A stretch of 64,000 nucleotides of DNA from the NCBI GenBank assembly GCA_963728915.1, contig CAVSLV010000002.1, forward strand, positions 96,001 through 160,000, written 5' to 3'. The DNA comes from an uncultured Gemmatimonadales bacterium (GTDB taxonomy: Bacteria > Gemmatimonadota > Gemmatimonadetes > Gemmatimonadales > GWC2-71-9). Of this stretch, positions 24,505 through 37,621 are shown piece by piece (the first letter of the stretch is position 1; each line of letters starts with the position of its first letter). The notes under the pieces are model-generated. The model ran no database searches. It had not been told where the DNA came from and saw nothing but the letters and a program-made list of their open reading frames with translations. The translations under genes and the position numbers were made by a program.

Positions 24505-26307
24505 GTGACGGCGGTCGGGTACCTCGACGGGCGCCGGCTCGCGCTGGCCGTCATCGCGGGGGCCCGATACGTGGAGGCCCGCTCCGAGCGGCTGAATCGG
24601 ATCAACGTGTTCCCGGTGCCGGACGGCGATACCGGGACCAACGTGTCCTCTACCCTCCAGCAGATTGCGGCAGGCATCGGCCCGGCTTCGTCAGACCCAC
24701 GTGCGCGAGGCGGCCAGAACGATCGCCGACGAAGCGCTGAGTGGAGCGCGGGGCAACTCGGGCGCAATCCTGGCGCAATTCTTCATCGGGTTTTTCGAGG
24801 CCTTCCCGGACACGCCGCGCATCACCACCCGTGAGTTCGGAAAAGGAGTGATGGGGCCGCGGAATCGGCCTGGGGCGCGATCGCCCGGCCGGTGGAAGGG
24901 ACCATCCTTTCGGTGATCCGCGACTGGGCTCGTCACATTGCCGGAGCGGGCCGAGAGCCTGGGGGACTTTGCGCCTCTGATCGACCGAGTCGCTCGGCCT
25001 GGCCCAGCGGGCCCTGGAGCGAGACCCCGCGTCAGCTGAAGGCGCTCGCCAGCGCGGGCGTGGTGGACGCCGGCGCCCAGGCCTTCGTGTATCTGATCGA
25101 GGGAATCGTGCTCGAGCTCCGGGAGGAGGGCGGGCCAAGGCTCCTCGAGGAACCCGCCGCCGGCACGACCCGGGCCATCCGCGCTACTCGGACAGTCCGT
25201 TCCTGTTCCGCTTCTGCACCGAGGCGCTGGTCCAGGGCGAAAGCGATGGATCGCGGTGGCGTTGCGGCGAGAGGCGGCGCTGCTGGGCGATTCGATCGTG
25301 GTGGCGGGCGGCGCCTCAGAAGATCCGGGTGCACGTCCACACCAACGAGCCCGAGCGGCTCTTCGAGGCGCTGCGGCGGCACGCCGAGGTGATCCAGACC
25401 AAGGTCGAGGACATGGAGGCGCAGCACCGGACCCGGTTGGATCCCGGACCGCGCCGGCCGAGTCGGGATCGTGACCGACTCGACCTGCGATCTCCCGGCG
25501 GAGGTCCTGGAGGAGCTGGGCATCGGCGTCGTGCCGGGCCGGGTGATGTTCGGCTCGGAGAATTACCTCGACAAGGTGACCATCACCCCGGCCGAGTTCT
25601 ATGCGCGGTTCGCGCGGACCGACGTGGTGCCGACCACCTCGCAGCCGCCACCCGCGGATTTCACCCAGGTCTACACCAACGTCGGGGTCCACGCGGGCTC
25701 CATCGTCTCGATTCATCTCTCGGCGGCGCTCTCGGGGATCTACCAGGCGTCCCTGGTCGGCGCGAGGGCGGTGCCCGATACGCGCTTCGTCCACATGGAC
25801 AGCCGCACCGTCTCGGTCGGGCTCGGGCTGGTGGTCCGGGCGGCGGCGCGGGCGGCAGCGGGGGCGCTCGATGGAGGCGGTCGTCCGGATGGCGCAGGAA
25901 CTGTGGACCGGGTAAGGATGTTCATCGCGCTGCCGACCCTGGATCATCTGGTTCGGGGAGGGCGGGTGTCCGCGATGCGGGCCGGATCGCCGGGCTGCTT
26001 CGCGTGCTTACCGTTGTTGACGCTGAGCGGCGAGAGGAAGGGCAGTGCGGGCCGGGCATGGCCTGCAGCTACGAGAGTGCGCGCCGGAAGATGATCAAGC
26101 TGGTGAAACTGCGAGATTGGCGCGATCCGGGTCGGCGGCGCCCCGAAGTTCGGCGTGGCCCACTGCGCCGCTCTGCCAATCGCCGAGGAGTTGGCCGACC
26201 GTCTGCGCGAGGGATATCCCGAGGCGGAGATCATGATCGCCGAGTGTGGCCCCGCCATCGGTGCCCACGTCGGTCCCGGGGCCGTCGGGATCGCGGTATT
26301 GTCGTAG
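24505..26307 (+). CDS. DAK2 (FakA-like) - DegV (FakB-like) fusion, frameshifted
   Basis: NVFPVPDGDTGTN, GARGNSG, EGTILSV, VVDAGA, HVHTN; DegV TDSTCDL, TSQP, HLSAALSG, GAHVGPG. Confidence 0.85.
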
Positions 26308-26331
26308 GTCTGGACGGCCGGCTCCTTCCGC

Positions 26332-26962
26332 CTACGGCTGGGTCGGATGACCGAGGCCGGGCACGTCTCTCCCGAGGAACAATTCCAGCGGCTGCTTGTT
26401 CCCGTCCATGCGGTGATCGTCCATGAGGTTGATCGCGCGGGCCTGGGTCAGCGCCTGATCCACCGGCATGTGCCGCTGATCGATCAGGTAGGCGGCCCAG
26501 AGGTGGCTGGCCCGCCAGGCGATGGTGCAGTGGAGCAGGACCTTGCCGTCCGCCGCCTGCATCGCCGCGGCAAAGTCCTTCACCGCCTGGGGAGAATAGG
26601 GCAGCTCCGCGGTTCCCCGCATGGGGAGATAGACGTACTTCATGCCGAGCTCCTTGGCCAGCGCTGCTTCGTCGAAGCGGAACCCGCTCCATCTCGGGCG
26701 GGCTGCGAAGATTGACCACCGTGGTGACACCGCGGTCCTTCATTTCGCGGAGTCCCTTCTCGGTGGGCTGTCCCCCGATGAACACGTCCTCACCCACCTG
26801 AACGAACTTGGCCAGGAAAAGCCCGGTGGTGTCGAGCGCCACTGGCGCCGGGGCAGCGACGGTGGACTTGGGCCCGGTCAGCTTCTGGGCCTCTGCCTTT
26901 GGAACGAGGAGAACACCGGGAAGAACCAGGGCGAGGAATCGTGCACCCATCGAGAACCTCAT
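26332..26962 (-). CDS. Secreted phosphatase/sulfurtransferase-like protein (beta-lactamase hydrolase-like domain), frameshifted
   Basis: Signal peptide, GGQPT, VVNLR, LLHCTIAWRA (HCxxxxR). Confidence 0.7.
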
Positions 26963-27000
26963 GAACCACCTCCAGAATCGAGACACCGCAGAGAAGGATA

Positions 27001-29117
27001 CTACGGAGCGGCTGAGGGTCCGGTTACGAGGACCCGGGCATCCGCCGCGATGGCCCCGCCCGCGGTCGCGATCAGCGGATTGATGTCCAGCTCCCGGATC
27101 GCCGGGAAATCCACCACCAGCTGCGAAACCCGAAGCAGAACGTCTTCCAGCGCGGTCCGGTCCACCGGGGGCTGGCCTCGCACCGCGTCGAGGATCCGGG
27201 CGCCCCGGATCCCGGCCAGCATGGCGGCAGCGTCGTGACGCATGATGGGAGCGAGCCGGAACACGACGTCCCCCAGCACCTCGACCAGGATTCCCCCTAG
27301 TCCGAACATGATGAGCGGCCCGTACAAAGGGTCGCGGGTCATCCCCACGATGAGCTCCCGGCCCTTTCCGACCTGGGGTTGCACCAGGAGTCCGCTGATG
27401 GACGCATCAGGCCGGGCCTTCTTGACCGTCGCCATGATGCGATCGAAACCGGCCCGCACCTCGTCCGCATTCCGGAGTCCCAGCGCCACTCCGCCCACGT
27501 CGCTCTTGTGAAGGATTTCCGGCGCCATGACCTTGAGCGCCACCGGAAATCCGAGGGTCGCAGCATAACCCGCAGCCTGATCCGGGCTCCCGGCCACGAT
27601 CCCGGGGGCCACCCGGATGCCGTACGCCGCGAGAAGCGCCAGGGCTTCGTCCTCCGCGAGCCGATGCCGCCCCGACGCCCGCACCGCGGTGAGCAGCCGG
27701 TCGGCGCGATCCCGGTCCACTTCGAGCGCCTCGACGGCCGGTTCCGGGCGCTCCCGCTGGTCGCTCCAATGGGAGAGCGCGGCAAGTCCCCGCGCCGCCG
27801 ATTCGGGAAAGATGTAGGCCGGAATCCCCGCCTCGTGAAGCAGGGCCCGCCCCTGCGGCAGGCCTTCGTGACCCATCAGCACCCCGAATACCGTCTTGTC
27901 GGGGTGCTGCGCCGCGACCGACGCGATCGCCACGGTCACATCTTCCTGCGAAACGCCCAGCGGCGGAACGAAGATGGCGAGCGCCGCGTCCACCCCGGGA
28001 TCCGAGAGGAGCCCATCCAGCGCGGCGCGATAGCCCTGCGGATTGGCCGAGGCGATCATGTCCAGCGGGTTACGAATCGACGCTTCGGTGGGAAACAGGG
28101 CCTGCAGCGTCTGCACCGTCCCGGGGGCGAGCTCCGGCAGCGTGAGGCCGCTCGCTTCACAGGCATCGGCCGCCAGAATGCCCGGCCCGCCCGCGTTGGT
28201 CAGCACCACCGTCGCGCGGGAGCGGGGGGGCTTGGCCGAAAAGGCGATGGCGAGGTCGAACAGCTCCTCGATACTGGCGGCGCGCAGCACGCCCGCCTGG
28301 GCCAGCAGCGCATCCACCGCGGCATCGCTCGCGCCCAGCGCGCCGGTGTGGGATTGCGCCGCCCGGGCGCCCGCCTTGGAGCGGCCCGATTTCACCACGA
28401 TGATCGGCTTGGTCCGGGTGATCCGGCTCGCGATCTCCAGAAACCTGGCGGGATTGCCGAAGCTCTCGACGTACATCAGCACCACCTGGACGTCCGGATC
28501 GTTCTCCCACTCGAGCAGGAGATCGTTGCCGCTCACGTCGGGCTTGTTTCCCACCGACACGAATTGCGAAATCCCGATGCCGTATTCCTTGGCGTAGTCC
28601 AGCACCGAGAGTCCCAGCGCGCCGGACTGGGACACGAACCCGGTCTTCCCATAGGGCGGCAGCGAGTGCGCGAAGGTCCCGTTCATGGCCACGGCGGGAT
28701 TCGAATTGAGGACACCCATGCAATTGGGGCCGACCATCCGGATCCCGCTCGAGCGGACCAGCTCGGTAAGAAGTCGCTCCCGCTCGACCCCTTCCCCGCC
28801 GACTTCCCGGAATCCCGCCGAGATCACCACCAGCCCGCCGACGCCCTTCCGAATACACCCCTCCGTAACGGCGGGACGTGCTCCTTGGGAACCACGACGA
28901 TGGCCTGATCCACCGGACCCGGGATCGCCTCCACCTCGGGCCAGGCGGGGATCGAATAGATCGATTCCGCGAAGGGATTGACCGGATACACCGAACCGGT
29001 GAAGCCGCCCTGCACCAGATTGCGAACGATCTCGTGGCCGATGGTGCCGGTGGTACGCGAAGCGCCGATCACCGCGATGGACCGGGGGGACAGGATCGGC
29101 TGGAGTGACTGGGCCAT
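27001..29117 (-). CDS. Acetate--CoA ligase (ADP-forming) family, alpha-beta fusion, frameshifted near 5' end
   Basis: PRSIAVIGAS, GPNCMG, SQSGA, SHTGAL, HKSDVGGV, ELDINPL. Confidence 0.92.
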
Positions 29118-29175
29118 GCGGGAAGATAGTTTTTCGGCTAGTTTCTCTCTCTCTCTCTGTTTTCAAGGACGTCCT

Positions 29176-31509
29176 ATGCGCCGCCGCCCCCTGGCTGCCC
29201 TGACCAGCATCGTCACTGCTACCGCCCTGCACGCCCAGACTACCCCGCGACCGACAATCGAGCAGTTCCTTTCTCCCGCCTCGCCGCTCGAGCTCGCCAC
29301 GGCGGCCAGGGCAGACGTGGTGGCCTGGGTCACCTACGAGAAGGGGATGCGGAACGTCTATGTCGCGCGGGGGCCGGAGTGGAAACCGCTCCGAATCACC
29401 CGGTTCCTGAAGGACGACGGGGTGGACGTGGGATCGGTCGAGCTGTCGGACGACGGCAGCATGGCGATTTTCGTGCGGGGACACGGCCAGAACCGGGCCG
29501 GCTGGGTGGCGAATCCGTCGCACGATCCCGATGGCGCCGATCGCGCGGTCTGGGCAGCGCGCACCGATGGGATGGGGACCTGGCGGCTCGCCTCGCTCGC
29601 CAACACCGAGCCCGCCACCGGCGGCCAGTTTTTCAGAGGCGGCGGGTCGCCCGAGCTTTCGCCCAACGGCCGCTATGTCGTCTTCGTGCGGGACGGGCAG
29701 ATCTATCGCGCCAGCACCATGGCCGGTCCCAAGACGGCGATGGACACCGCCGGGGTTCCCTTCATCAAGGAGTGGGGCCGCCAGGTGAATCCGGTCTGGA
29801 GTCCGGACGGGACCAAGCTCGCCTTCGTGAGTCTCCGGGAGAACCACTCGTTCATCGGCGTGTACGACATGGCGACCCGGACGGTGGATTTCATCGCGCC
29901 GAGCACCGACTTCGATTCGAGTCCGGTCTGGTCGGCCGATGGGAAGCGGATCGCCTTCGTTCGGAAACCGGGCACGCCGTTCGGCCAGCAGGTGGTGACG
30001 ACGCCGAGCCCGTTCGGCCAGACCGCTCCCACCCAGGGTCGTGGCGCGCAGCAGGCGAGCGGCTGCCGGCCGCCCCAGGGCGGCGGGTTCGGCGGGGGCG
30101 GATTCTTCCAGCCCGACACCATGCCGCAGCCCCCGGCCGACGGTCTCTGCCGCGCCGCCTTCGCCGGCGGGTACACCGTGTCATTCTGGGTGGGCGATGT
30201 CGCCACCCACGGCGCAAAGGAATTCTGGCATAACACGCCGGGCGACCGGACCTTCTCGACCGTCAACCAGATAGCCTGGGCCGGCGACCGGGTGGTCTTC
30301 ACCGCCCAGGTTCCCAAGGACGAGTGGGACCGCTACTTCAGCGTGAGCATCGAGCACGCCGAGACCGAGCCGGTGCTCCTCACCACGACCGACGGGCTCA
30401 TCAACGACGGGGTGGCCGATCGCACCTTCACGACGACGTCCCTTTCCCGGGACGGCAAGACGATGTTCTACGCGACCAACGCCACCGACATCGAGAAGCG
30501 GCACGTGTGGGCGGTGCCGGTCGCCGGTGGCACGCCGGTCCGGATCTCGACCGGCTACGGGGTGGAGGTGTCTCCCACCCCGGTCGGGATGGGAAAGACG
30601 CTCGCGGTCCTGTTCTTCGACGCGTCCCAGCCGGCCTCGATCGGCCTGGTGCCGGCGGCGGGCGGAGCGCCGAAGATCATCTATCCCGTGTTAGGGCCGA
30701 ATTTCCCGAAAGCCGCGCACGTCACCCCGGAGATCGTGATCACCCACGCGCCCGACGGCGTCGAGGTCCACAACCAGCTCTTCCTGCCCAGGGACCTGAA
30801 GCCGGGCGAGCGACGACCCGCGATCGTGTTCGTGCACGGCGGCCCCCAGCGCCAGATGCTGCCGGCCTATCACTACATGCAGTTCTATCACTGGGCCTAC
30901 GCCTACAACCAGTGGCTCCAGAGCCAGGGCTACGTGGTGCTCTCGGTGAACTACCGGCTGGGGATCGGCTACGGCAATTCCTTCCGGCGCGCCGAGAAGA
31001 CCCGAACCCAGGGGAACGCCGAGTACCAGGATGTGCTCGCCGGGGCCAAGTACCTCCAGACCCGCGCCGACGTGGATCCCGCCCGGGTCGGGATCTGGGG
31101 TCTTTCCTACGGCGGGCTCCTCACCGCCGAGGCACTGGCCCGGAATTCCGACGTGTTCGTGGCCGGGGTGGACCTGGCCGGTGTCCATATATATGGAAGC
31201 GCCAGCGACACCACGAGCCTGGCCTTCCGCTCCTCGGCGGTGGGCGCGATCGACGGGTGGAAGTCGCCGGTGTTCCTGGAGCAGGGCGATGACGACCGGA
31301 ACGTGGATTTCTCCCAGACCGTCGGGCTGGTGAGCCTGCTCCGGGCCAAAGGGGTGTACTACGAGCTGATGGTCATCCCGGACGACGTGCACGAGTCGCT
31401 GCTCCACTCCCGCTGGCTCGACATCTTCGCGCGGAGCGGAGACTTCCTCCATCGCTTTGTGTGGGAGAAGCAGACGCCCCCCACCACCGTAAGCAGCGGC
31501 GGGAGGTAA
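29176..31509 (+). CDS. S9 family peptidase (prolyl oligopeptidase/DPP-like) with PD40 propeller
   Basis: Signal peptide, WSPDG repeats, HGGP, GLSYGG, QGDDDRNV, DDVH. Confidence 0.92.
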   Translation: MRRRPLAALTSIVTATALHAQTTPRPTIEQFLSPASPLELATAARADVVAWVTYEKGMRNVYVARGPEWKPLRITRFLKDDGVDVGSVELSDDGSMAIFVRGHGQNRAGWVANPSHDPDGADRAVWAARTDGMGTWRLASLANTEPATGGQFFRGGGSPELSPNGRYVVFVRDGQIYRASTMAGPKTAMDTAGVPFIKEWGRQVNPVWSPDGTKLAFVSLRENHSFIGVYDMATRTVDFIAPSTDFDSSPVWSADGKRIAFVRKPGTPFGQQVVTTPSPFGQTAPTQGRGAQQASGCRPPQGGGFGGGGFFQPDTMPQPPADGLCRAAFAGGYTVSFWVGDVATHGAKEFWHNTPGDRTFSTVNQIAWAGDRVVFTAQVPKDEWDRYFSVSIEHAETEPVLLTTTDGLINDGVADRTFTTTSLSRDGKTMFYATNATDIEKRHVWAVPVAGGTPVRISTGYGVEVSPTPVGMGKTLAVLFFDASQPASIGLVPAAGGAPKIIYPVLGPNFPKAAHVTPEIVITHAPDGVEVHNQLFLPRDLKPGERRPAIVFVHGGPQRQMLPAYHYMQFYHWAYAYNQWLQSQGYVVLSVNYRLGIGYGNSFRRAEKTRTQGNAEYQDVLAGAKYLQTRADVDPARVGIWGLSYGGLLTAEALARNSDVFVAGVDLAGVHIYGSASDTTSLAFRSSAVGAIDGWKSPVFLEQGDDDRNVDFSQTVGLVSLLRAKGVYYELMVIPDDVHESLLHSRWLDIFARSGDFLHRFVWEKQTPPTTVSSGGR

Positions 31510-31515
31510 CCGCAG

Positions 31516-32070
31516 ATGCAACGGCGCGACTTTCTGGAGACGCTCTCCCGCGGCGCATCCGCGATGTGGGTCGGCGTCAATCTCCGGGACCTGTTCGCCG
31601 CGGGGACCTGGGCCGCGGCCAGGGCTCCCGACGCGCCCTGGGAATTCTTCTCCCCGGAACAGGCCACCCTGATGGACGCCATCTCGGCCACGCTGGTTCC
31701 AACCACGGAAACGCCGGGGGCTCGCGAAGCCCACGTGGTCCAATTCATCGACCACTCGCTGGCCACGTTCATGCAGGAGCGCCAGAAGCGGTTCACCGAT
31801 GCGCTGGCGAATTTCACCGAGTTCGTCTCGCAGAGCCGCCCCGGGGGCAAGCCGTTCGCCGAGCTTCCCGAGGAAGACCAGATCGCCGTGATGGGCGAGT
31901 ACGAGAAGAAGAACCCGCAGCCATTCAATCTCCTGCGTACCTCCACCATGATGGGGATGTTCTGTCATCCGCAACATGGCGGCAACTATCAGAAGGTCGG
32001 CTGGCAGCTCATCGGATTCGTCGACCAATACTCCTGGGTGCCACCCTTCGGGTACTATGACCGGCCATGA
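31516..32070 (+). CDS. Gluconate 2-dehydrogenase subunit 3 family (Tat-exported)
   Basis: QRRDFL Tat motif, PGAREA, HPQHGGN..GWQLIGF. Confidence 0.85.
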   Translation: MQRRDFLETLSRGASAMWVGVNLRDLFAAGTWAAARAPDAPWEFFSPEQATLMDAISATLVPTTETPGAREAHVVQFIDHSLATFMQERQKRFTDALANFTEFVSQSRPGGKPFAELPEEDQIAVMGEYEKKNPQPFNLLRTSTMMGMFCHPQHGGNYQKVGWQLIGFVDQYSWVPPFGYYDRP

Positions 32071-33761
32071 TCACCCGGGCCACGAGCCCGGCGCCAGCAG
32101 GCCCTTGATCCCGGCGATGCGGACCTATCGGTCGAGCGACGAAGTCGATTTTGTGGTGGTCGGCTCGGGAGCGGCCGGAGGGGTGATTGCCCGGGAGCTT
32201 TCCCGGAATGGATTCTCGGTCGTCGTGCTGGAGCAGGGCCCCTGGCTCACCGAGCGCGACTTCAGCCACGATCCCTTCTTCGAGGATATCAATCCGGAGA
32301 AGAGCCTGACCAACCGGGAGGCGATTCAGCCCCAGACCGTTCGCGAGAAGGACACCGAAACCGCCAAGCCCGAGATGTGGGCCCAGTACGGGCGCGTGGT
32401 GGGCGGAGGGTCAGCCCACTTCACCGCGAACTACTGGCGATTCCCTGAAGTCGAATTCCGCCAGGCCACGCGCTATGGCATCCCCGACGCGTCCTCGATC
32501 GCCGACTGGCCGATCAGCTACGCCGATCTCGAGCCGTACTACACCAAGGTCGAGTGGGACGTCGGCGTCTCGGGACTCGCCGGCAATCCGTTCGAGCCTC
32601 CCCGCAGCAAGCCGTATCCGCTGCCGCCGCTGCCGATCAAGTCGGAAGGCGTCCTGTTCGAGAAGGGGGCCAGGGCGATTGGATGGCATCCGTGGCCTTC
32701 CCCGATGGCGATCCTCTCCCAGCCCTACCGGGGCCGCTCGCCCTGCGTCGCCTGCGGCATGTGCATCGGTTCGGCGTGCGAGGTGCGCGCCAAGTCGAGC
32801 ACGCTGGTCACCATGATCCCCGAGGCGGTCGCGACCAAGCGGTGCGAGGTCCGGACCTCGAGCTATGTGCGCCGGATCGAGACTTCGAACGACGGCCGGG
32901 TGACCGGGGTCACCTACTTCGACAAGGACCGCAAGGAAGTCTTCCAGCCGGCCAGGGCCGTGGTGCTTTCCGCCAACGGGTGCGAGACGCCCAAGCTGCT
33001 CCTGATCTCGACGACGTCGCTCTTTCCAGACGGGCTGGCCAACTCGAGCGGCCAGGTTGGCCGCAACATCATGTTCAATGGCGGCGGGCTTCGCGAGCGG
33101 GATGTTCGAGCACGACGTGAACGGGTGGAAGGGCGTCGTGGTGTCGCGGACCGCATGGGATGCGTTCGAGCTCGACGAATCGCTCGGGATCTACGGCGGC
33201 GGCGGCATGGATTTCCGCGCCGACGGCGGCCCCATGAGCGCGGGGTTCCGGGGCTGGCAGGGAGAGCCCCGCTGGGGACGGGAGTGGAAGAAGCGGGTGC
33301 GTGACTACTTCAACCGGTACGTGTACTCGTACGGCCACACCTCGAGCCTTCCGGTTTCGACCAATCGCATCGATCTCGACCCCGAGCTCAAGGACGCCTG
33401 GGGGTTGCCGGCTCCGCGCCTGACGTTCACCCCGCACCCCAACGACAAGAAGCTGGGGGAATGGTTCGGGAAGAAAGGGCGTGAGGCGCTGGAGGCCGCC
33501 GGAGCGATTCAGCTGAGCGAGAGCGGCGGTGGCGCCGACGGCGGTGGCCCCCACCTGCTGGGCACCTGCCGAATGGGGAGCGATCCCGCAACCTCGGTGG
33601 TGAACGCCGACCACCGGACCCACGACGTGAAGAACCTGTTCATCGTGGACGGGAGCAGCTTCGTGACCTCGGGTCGCGGGCAACCCACCATGACCATCCA
33701 GGCGCTGGCCTTCCGGGCCGCCGATCGGATCACTGACCTGGTCAAGCGACGCGAGATCTAG
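32057..33761 (+). CDS. GMC family oxidoreductase (one frameshift near 33085)
   Basis: VVVGSGAAGG, GRVVGGGS, HLLGTCRMG, PTMTIQALA. Confidence 0.92.
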
Positions 33762-35760
33762 TGTCCATGACCCTCCCGTCCAGACGCGCTCCCGCCAGTC
33801 TCCTTCTCGGTCTCCTGTTCCTGGCAAACTGTAGCAGTCCGGCTGGCCCGACCGGAGGAGTGGTCGCTTCCATCTCGGTCACGCCAGCCGGCGACACGCT
33901 GGTCTCGCTGGGCCAAACCCGGCAGCTGAGCGCCGTGGCCAAGGACGCCGCGGGAACCGTGATCACGGGGAAGACCTTTACCTGGAGCTCCTCGGGAAGC
34001 GGGGTGGCGACGGTCAACGCCACGGGATTGGTCACGGCGATCGCCAACGGTCAGGCGACGGTGAGCGCGTCGGTGGACGGGAAGTCGGGGGCGGCCGTGG
34101 TGCTGGTCGATCAGCAGGTCGCCACCGTGGAGATCACTCCGGGCTCCCCCGCGCCGATCACCACGATCGGAGGCACCCAGCAGTTCAGCGCCACGGCCCG
34201 GGATGGCTCGGGTGCCGGGTTAACCGGCCTCACCTTTCTCTGGCTCTCGAGCAATCACGCGGTCGCGACGGTGGATGCCTCCGGAAAAGCCACCGCCGTG
34301 GGGCCGGGCACCGCCACGATTACCGCCGCCGCTCGCGGAGTACCGGCTTCCGCTCAGCTCACCGTCACCCAGGTTGCCACCCAGCTGGTGATCACCGCAC
34401 AGCCGAGCACCTTCACGGAAGGACGCTCGATGGGGAATGCGGTCCAGGTGGAGATCCGGGACGCGGGCGGAGCCCTGGTGAGTGGGGCGCGCCCGATCGT
34501 CACCCTGGCGATCTCCGATAACCCGGCGGCCGGCACCCTGAACGGCACCGTCAGCGTCAATGCAGTCGGCGGGATCGCCAGCTTCCCCCAGCTGAGCATC
34601 GACCGCGCCGGGCAGGCCTACAAGCTCTCGGCAAGCTCGTCGGGCCTCACCCCGGCGGTCAGCTCCGCCTTTAACGTCATGCTGGATTTCCGCACCGTGG
34701 ATGTCGGGAATTCCGCCAATTGCGGAACGACGGCTTCGGGCGCGATCTACTGCTGGGGCGCGAATGCGAACAGCCAACTGGGCGACGGGACAACATCGGA
34801 TCGGCTGGTGCCGACTCGGGCGGTGACGCCCCCCGGCGTTCCCTTCACGCGGATAACGAGTGGCAATCCGTCGATTGCGTGTGCCCTCGCCGGGTCGGGG
34901 GCGCCATACTGCTGGGGCATCGGATTCATCGGCCAGCCGCTCATCGGGCAGAGCACCATACCATTGCTGGTGCCGTCCCTGCGGGGGTCACGTTCACGTC
35001 GATCTCCACCAATTCCTCCCACACCTGTGGAACGACCCCGACCGGGACCCTCTATTGCTGGGGCGGCAATGCCAACCATGCCCTTGGCGACGGGACGTTG
35101 ACCAACCGGCAGACCCCGGTGCTGATTCCCTCCCCCGCCAATGTGTTCTTCGTCGCGGTGAGCGCGGGCGGTCTGAGCACCTGCGCGCTTGCTTCAACCG
35201 GCGCAGCCTACTGCTGGGGCGGCAACAGCGCGGGGCAGGTCGGGGATGGAACCCTGGTTGAGCCGCTGGGACCCACGGCCGTCACCATGCCGACGGGCGT
35301 TTCCTTCGTGCAGGTGGAAACCGCATCGGGGTATGCCTGCGGCCTTACTTCTGCCGGGGCCATGTACTGCTGGGGGAGCAACGCCAACGGCGCCCTGGGG
35401 GATGGCACCACCACCAACCATTCGACTCCCGCGCTGGTGACGATGCCCGCCGGAGTTGGTTTTGTTCAGTTCGCCACCGGAGCCTTCAACTGTGCTGTTT
35501 CGACCACTGGAGTGGTGTATTGCTGGGGCCGCAACCCCGGAGGGACTCTGGGTGACGGAACCAGCATCGATCACTTCACCCCCCAACCCATCCAGATGCC
35601 AACCGGGATTCTCTTCGCCTCCGTGGCCGTGGACCCAACCGGAACTGCCTGTGCCGTCGCAACGAGCGGTGCGATTTACTGTTGGGGTGGCAATTTCAGC
35701 GGCCAGCTGGGAAACGGTACGACGGTGAACAGCCTGGTACCGGTCCGCGTCGCGCGTTAG
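33761..35760 (+). CDS. Lipoprotein with Big_2 Ig-like domains and RCC1 repeats (frameshift near 34980)
   Basis: LANC lipobox, TWSSS..VATV Ig motifs, repeated YCWG.N..GQLGDGT. Confidence 0.88.
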
Positions 35761-35795
35761 GCCGACCGGGCCCAGCGAACCATCCGTCGAGCAGG

Positions 35796-36382
35796 CCTAC
35801 GGAATCAGGTTGGCGGGACGGGGGTCGCTGTAGTAGAGGGACCGGGCCGGCATGTTCACCCGGGGAAGCGTGGCGCGGTCCATCACCGCATCCTCCGCGA
35901 ACGAGCTGATTCCGCCAGAGAATCCACCCCACCACCGCGTACACCTCGTCGGGCGTCAGCGACCCCGGTTGAGTCTGGGGCATGGCGCGATGGATGAAAT
36001 CGTAGAGCGTGGTCGCGTATCCCCAGTAATTCCCGACCGTTCGAGGTGCTTTCGGATCGGGGATTCCTTTTCCAGGATCAGGCGTCACCAGTTTGTCGTA
36101 GGGGCCCTCGACCCCGGTGGGCCCGTGGCAGGCCGAGCATTTCGCGGCATAGATCACCGCGCCCGCCTTCGGGGTGCCGCTTCCTGCCGGTAGCCCGGTT
36201 CCATCGGCCCGCACGTCGATGTCGAGCCCCGCGATCTCTGAGCTGGTGGCGGGCCGGCCGTAGCCGAATCGGGTCGAGTCGCGGGTTACCGCATCGGTGC
36301 TATCGCGCTGCATCGTGCCGACTGCCATCGCCAGGCCCAGGAGCGCGAGCGCGCCGATGGGAAGGATCATGCGCCGGTTCAC
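35796..36382 (-). CDS. Cytochrome c, SoxD/SorB-like (3' frameshift)
   Basis: CSACH heme motif, TVGNYWGYATTLYDFIHRAMP. Confidence 0.82.
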
Positions 36383-37621
36383 GGCGTGAGCCCGAACTCG
36401 ACCCGCCCGTCGGACATAACCCGCCAGGCCCTGATGTTGTTGTTGTGATACTGGGTCGCGACCCCGCGCTCCCGGCGAAGCTGGTCCAGGGTCGGCTGCA
36501 CCTCTCCGGTTTCATCGGTCGCCCGGCTCATCAGCAATGCCGGCTTCCCGTTCCACTTCCAGCCCAGACGGAACCGGGTATGGCACTTGGGCAGCACCGG
36601 CTCCTGCAGCTCCGCCGGCGCCCAGGTCGAGCCGCCATCGGTACTGATGTCCACTTTCGTAACCCGGCCTCTCCCGCTCCACCCGATCCCGGAAATCTCC
36701 CAGCGGCCCGGCGTGATCCGGTTGGGATAGGCCGGAAAGGTGATGATGGACTTGGTGTCCATGATCATGCTGAATTGCCGGATCCGTCCGTCCGGCATGA
36801 GGTCGGTGTACTTGGAGGTTTCTTCCCGGGTCTCGAACGGCCGATCGGACAATTCGATCCGCCGGAGCCACTTGACCGACGTGTTGCCTTCCCACCCGGG
36901 CAGAAAGAGCCGGGCCGGGTAGCCCTGCTCGGGGCGGAGCGGCTCGCCATTCTGCCCGTAGGCGATCAACGCGTCGTCCCACGCCTTGGCCATCGGGAAT
37001 GCTCCGGGTCATGACCGCCGCGTCTTCTCCCTCGGCGAGGAACCAGGTCGCCTTCGGGTCCGCTCCCACCTCGCGGAACAGCGTGGCGAGGGGAACCCCG
37101 GTCCACTCGCTGGTACTGGTCAGACCATCGATCCGCTGCGGAGTGAGATCGGGCCGGATCCCTTCGGGAAGAAATCCGCTGCTGCCGTTGCCGGAGCATT
37201 CCAGGAAGTGCAGCACCGACCGGGACGGGAACCGCTTCAGGTCGGCGAGGCTGAACACCGTCGCCCGCTCCACCATGCCGTGGATCAGGAGCGAGTAGTG
37301 GGCCGGGTCGATCGCCGGGATGCCGCCGTGATGACGCTCGTAATGGAGATCGGCCGGGGTGATGATGCCGTCGAGATCCTGGAGCGGTGTCTCGCTCTGG
37401 CCGGAAAGCGCGGCGCGGGCGACGTGGCGCCTGGGCTGCTCGAACGGCGACCGGCTCCCCAATTCACTCGGCAGACGGCCGGGCACCTTGGTCGGGTCGG
37501 CGGGAACCGCCGGGGTCTCCTGGGGGGCCTGGGCCGGCGCGGCGGTGATCCCGGTCAGGGCGGCGGCACCCGCGGCGCCTAACCCGGCGAGCATTTCCCG
37601 GCGTCCCAGTTTCTTTGCCAT
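36379..37621 (-). CDS. soxC: Sulfite dehydrogenase molybdopterin subunit (SoxC-like), frameshift near 36993
   Basis: Tat motif GRREML, HYERHHGG, FLECSGN, EQGYPARL, VKWLRRI. Confidence 0.85.

Noticed and set aside
29144..29158. (CT)n microsatellite in the divergent intergenic region
   Set aside because: Short, and no evidence for phase variation
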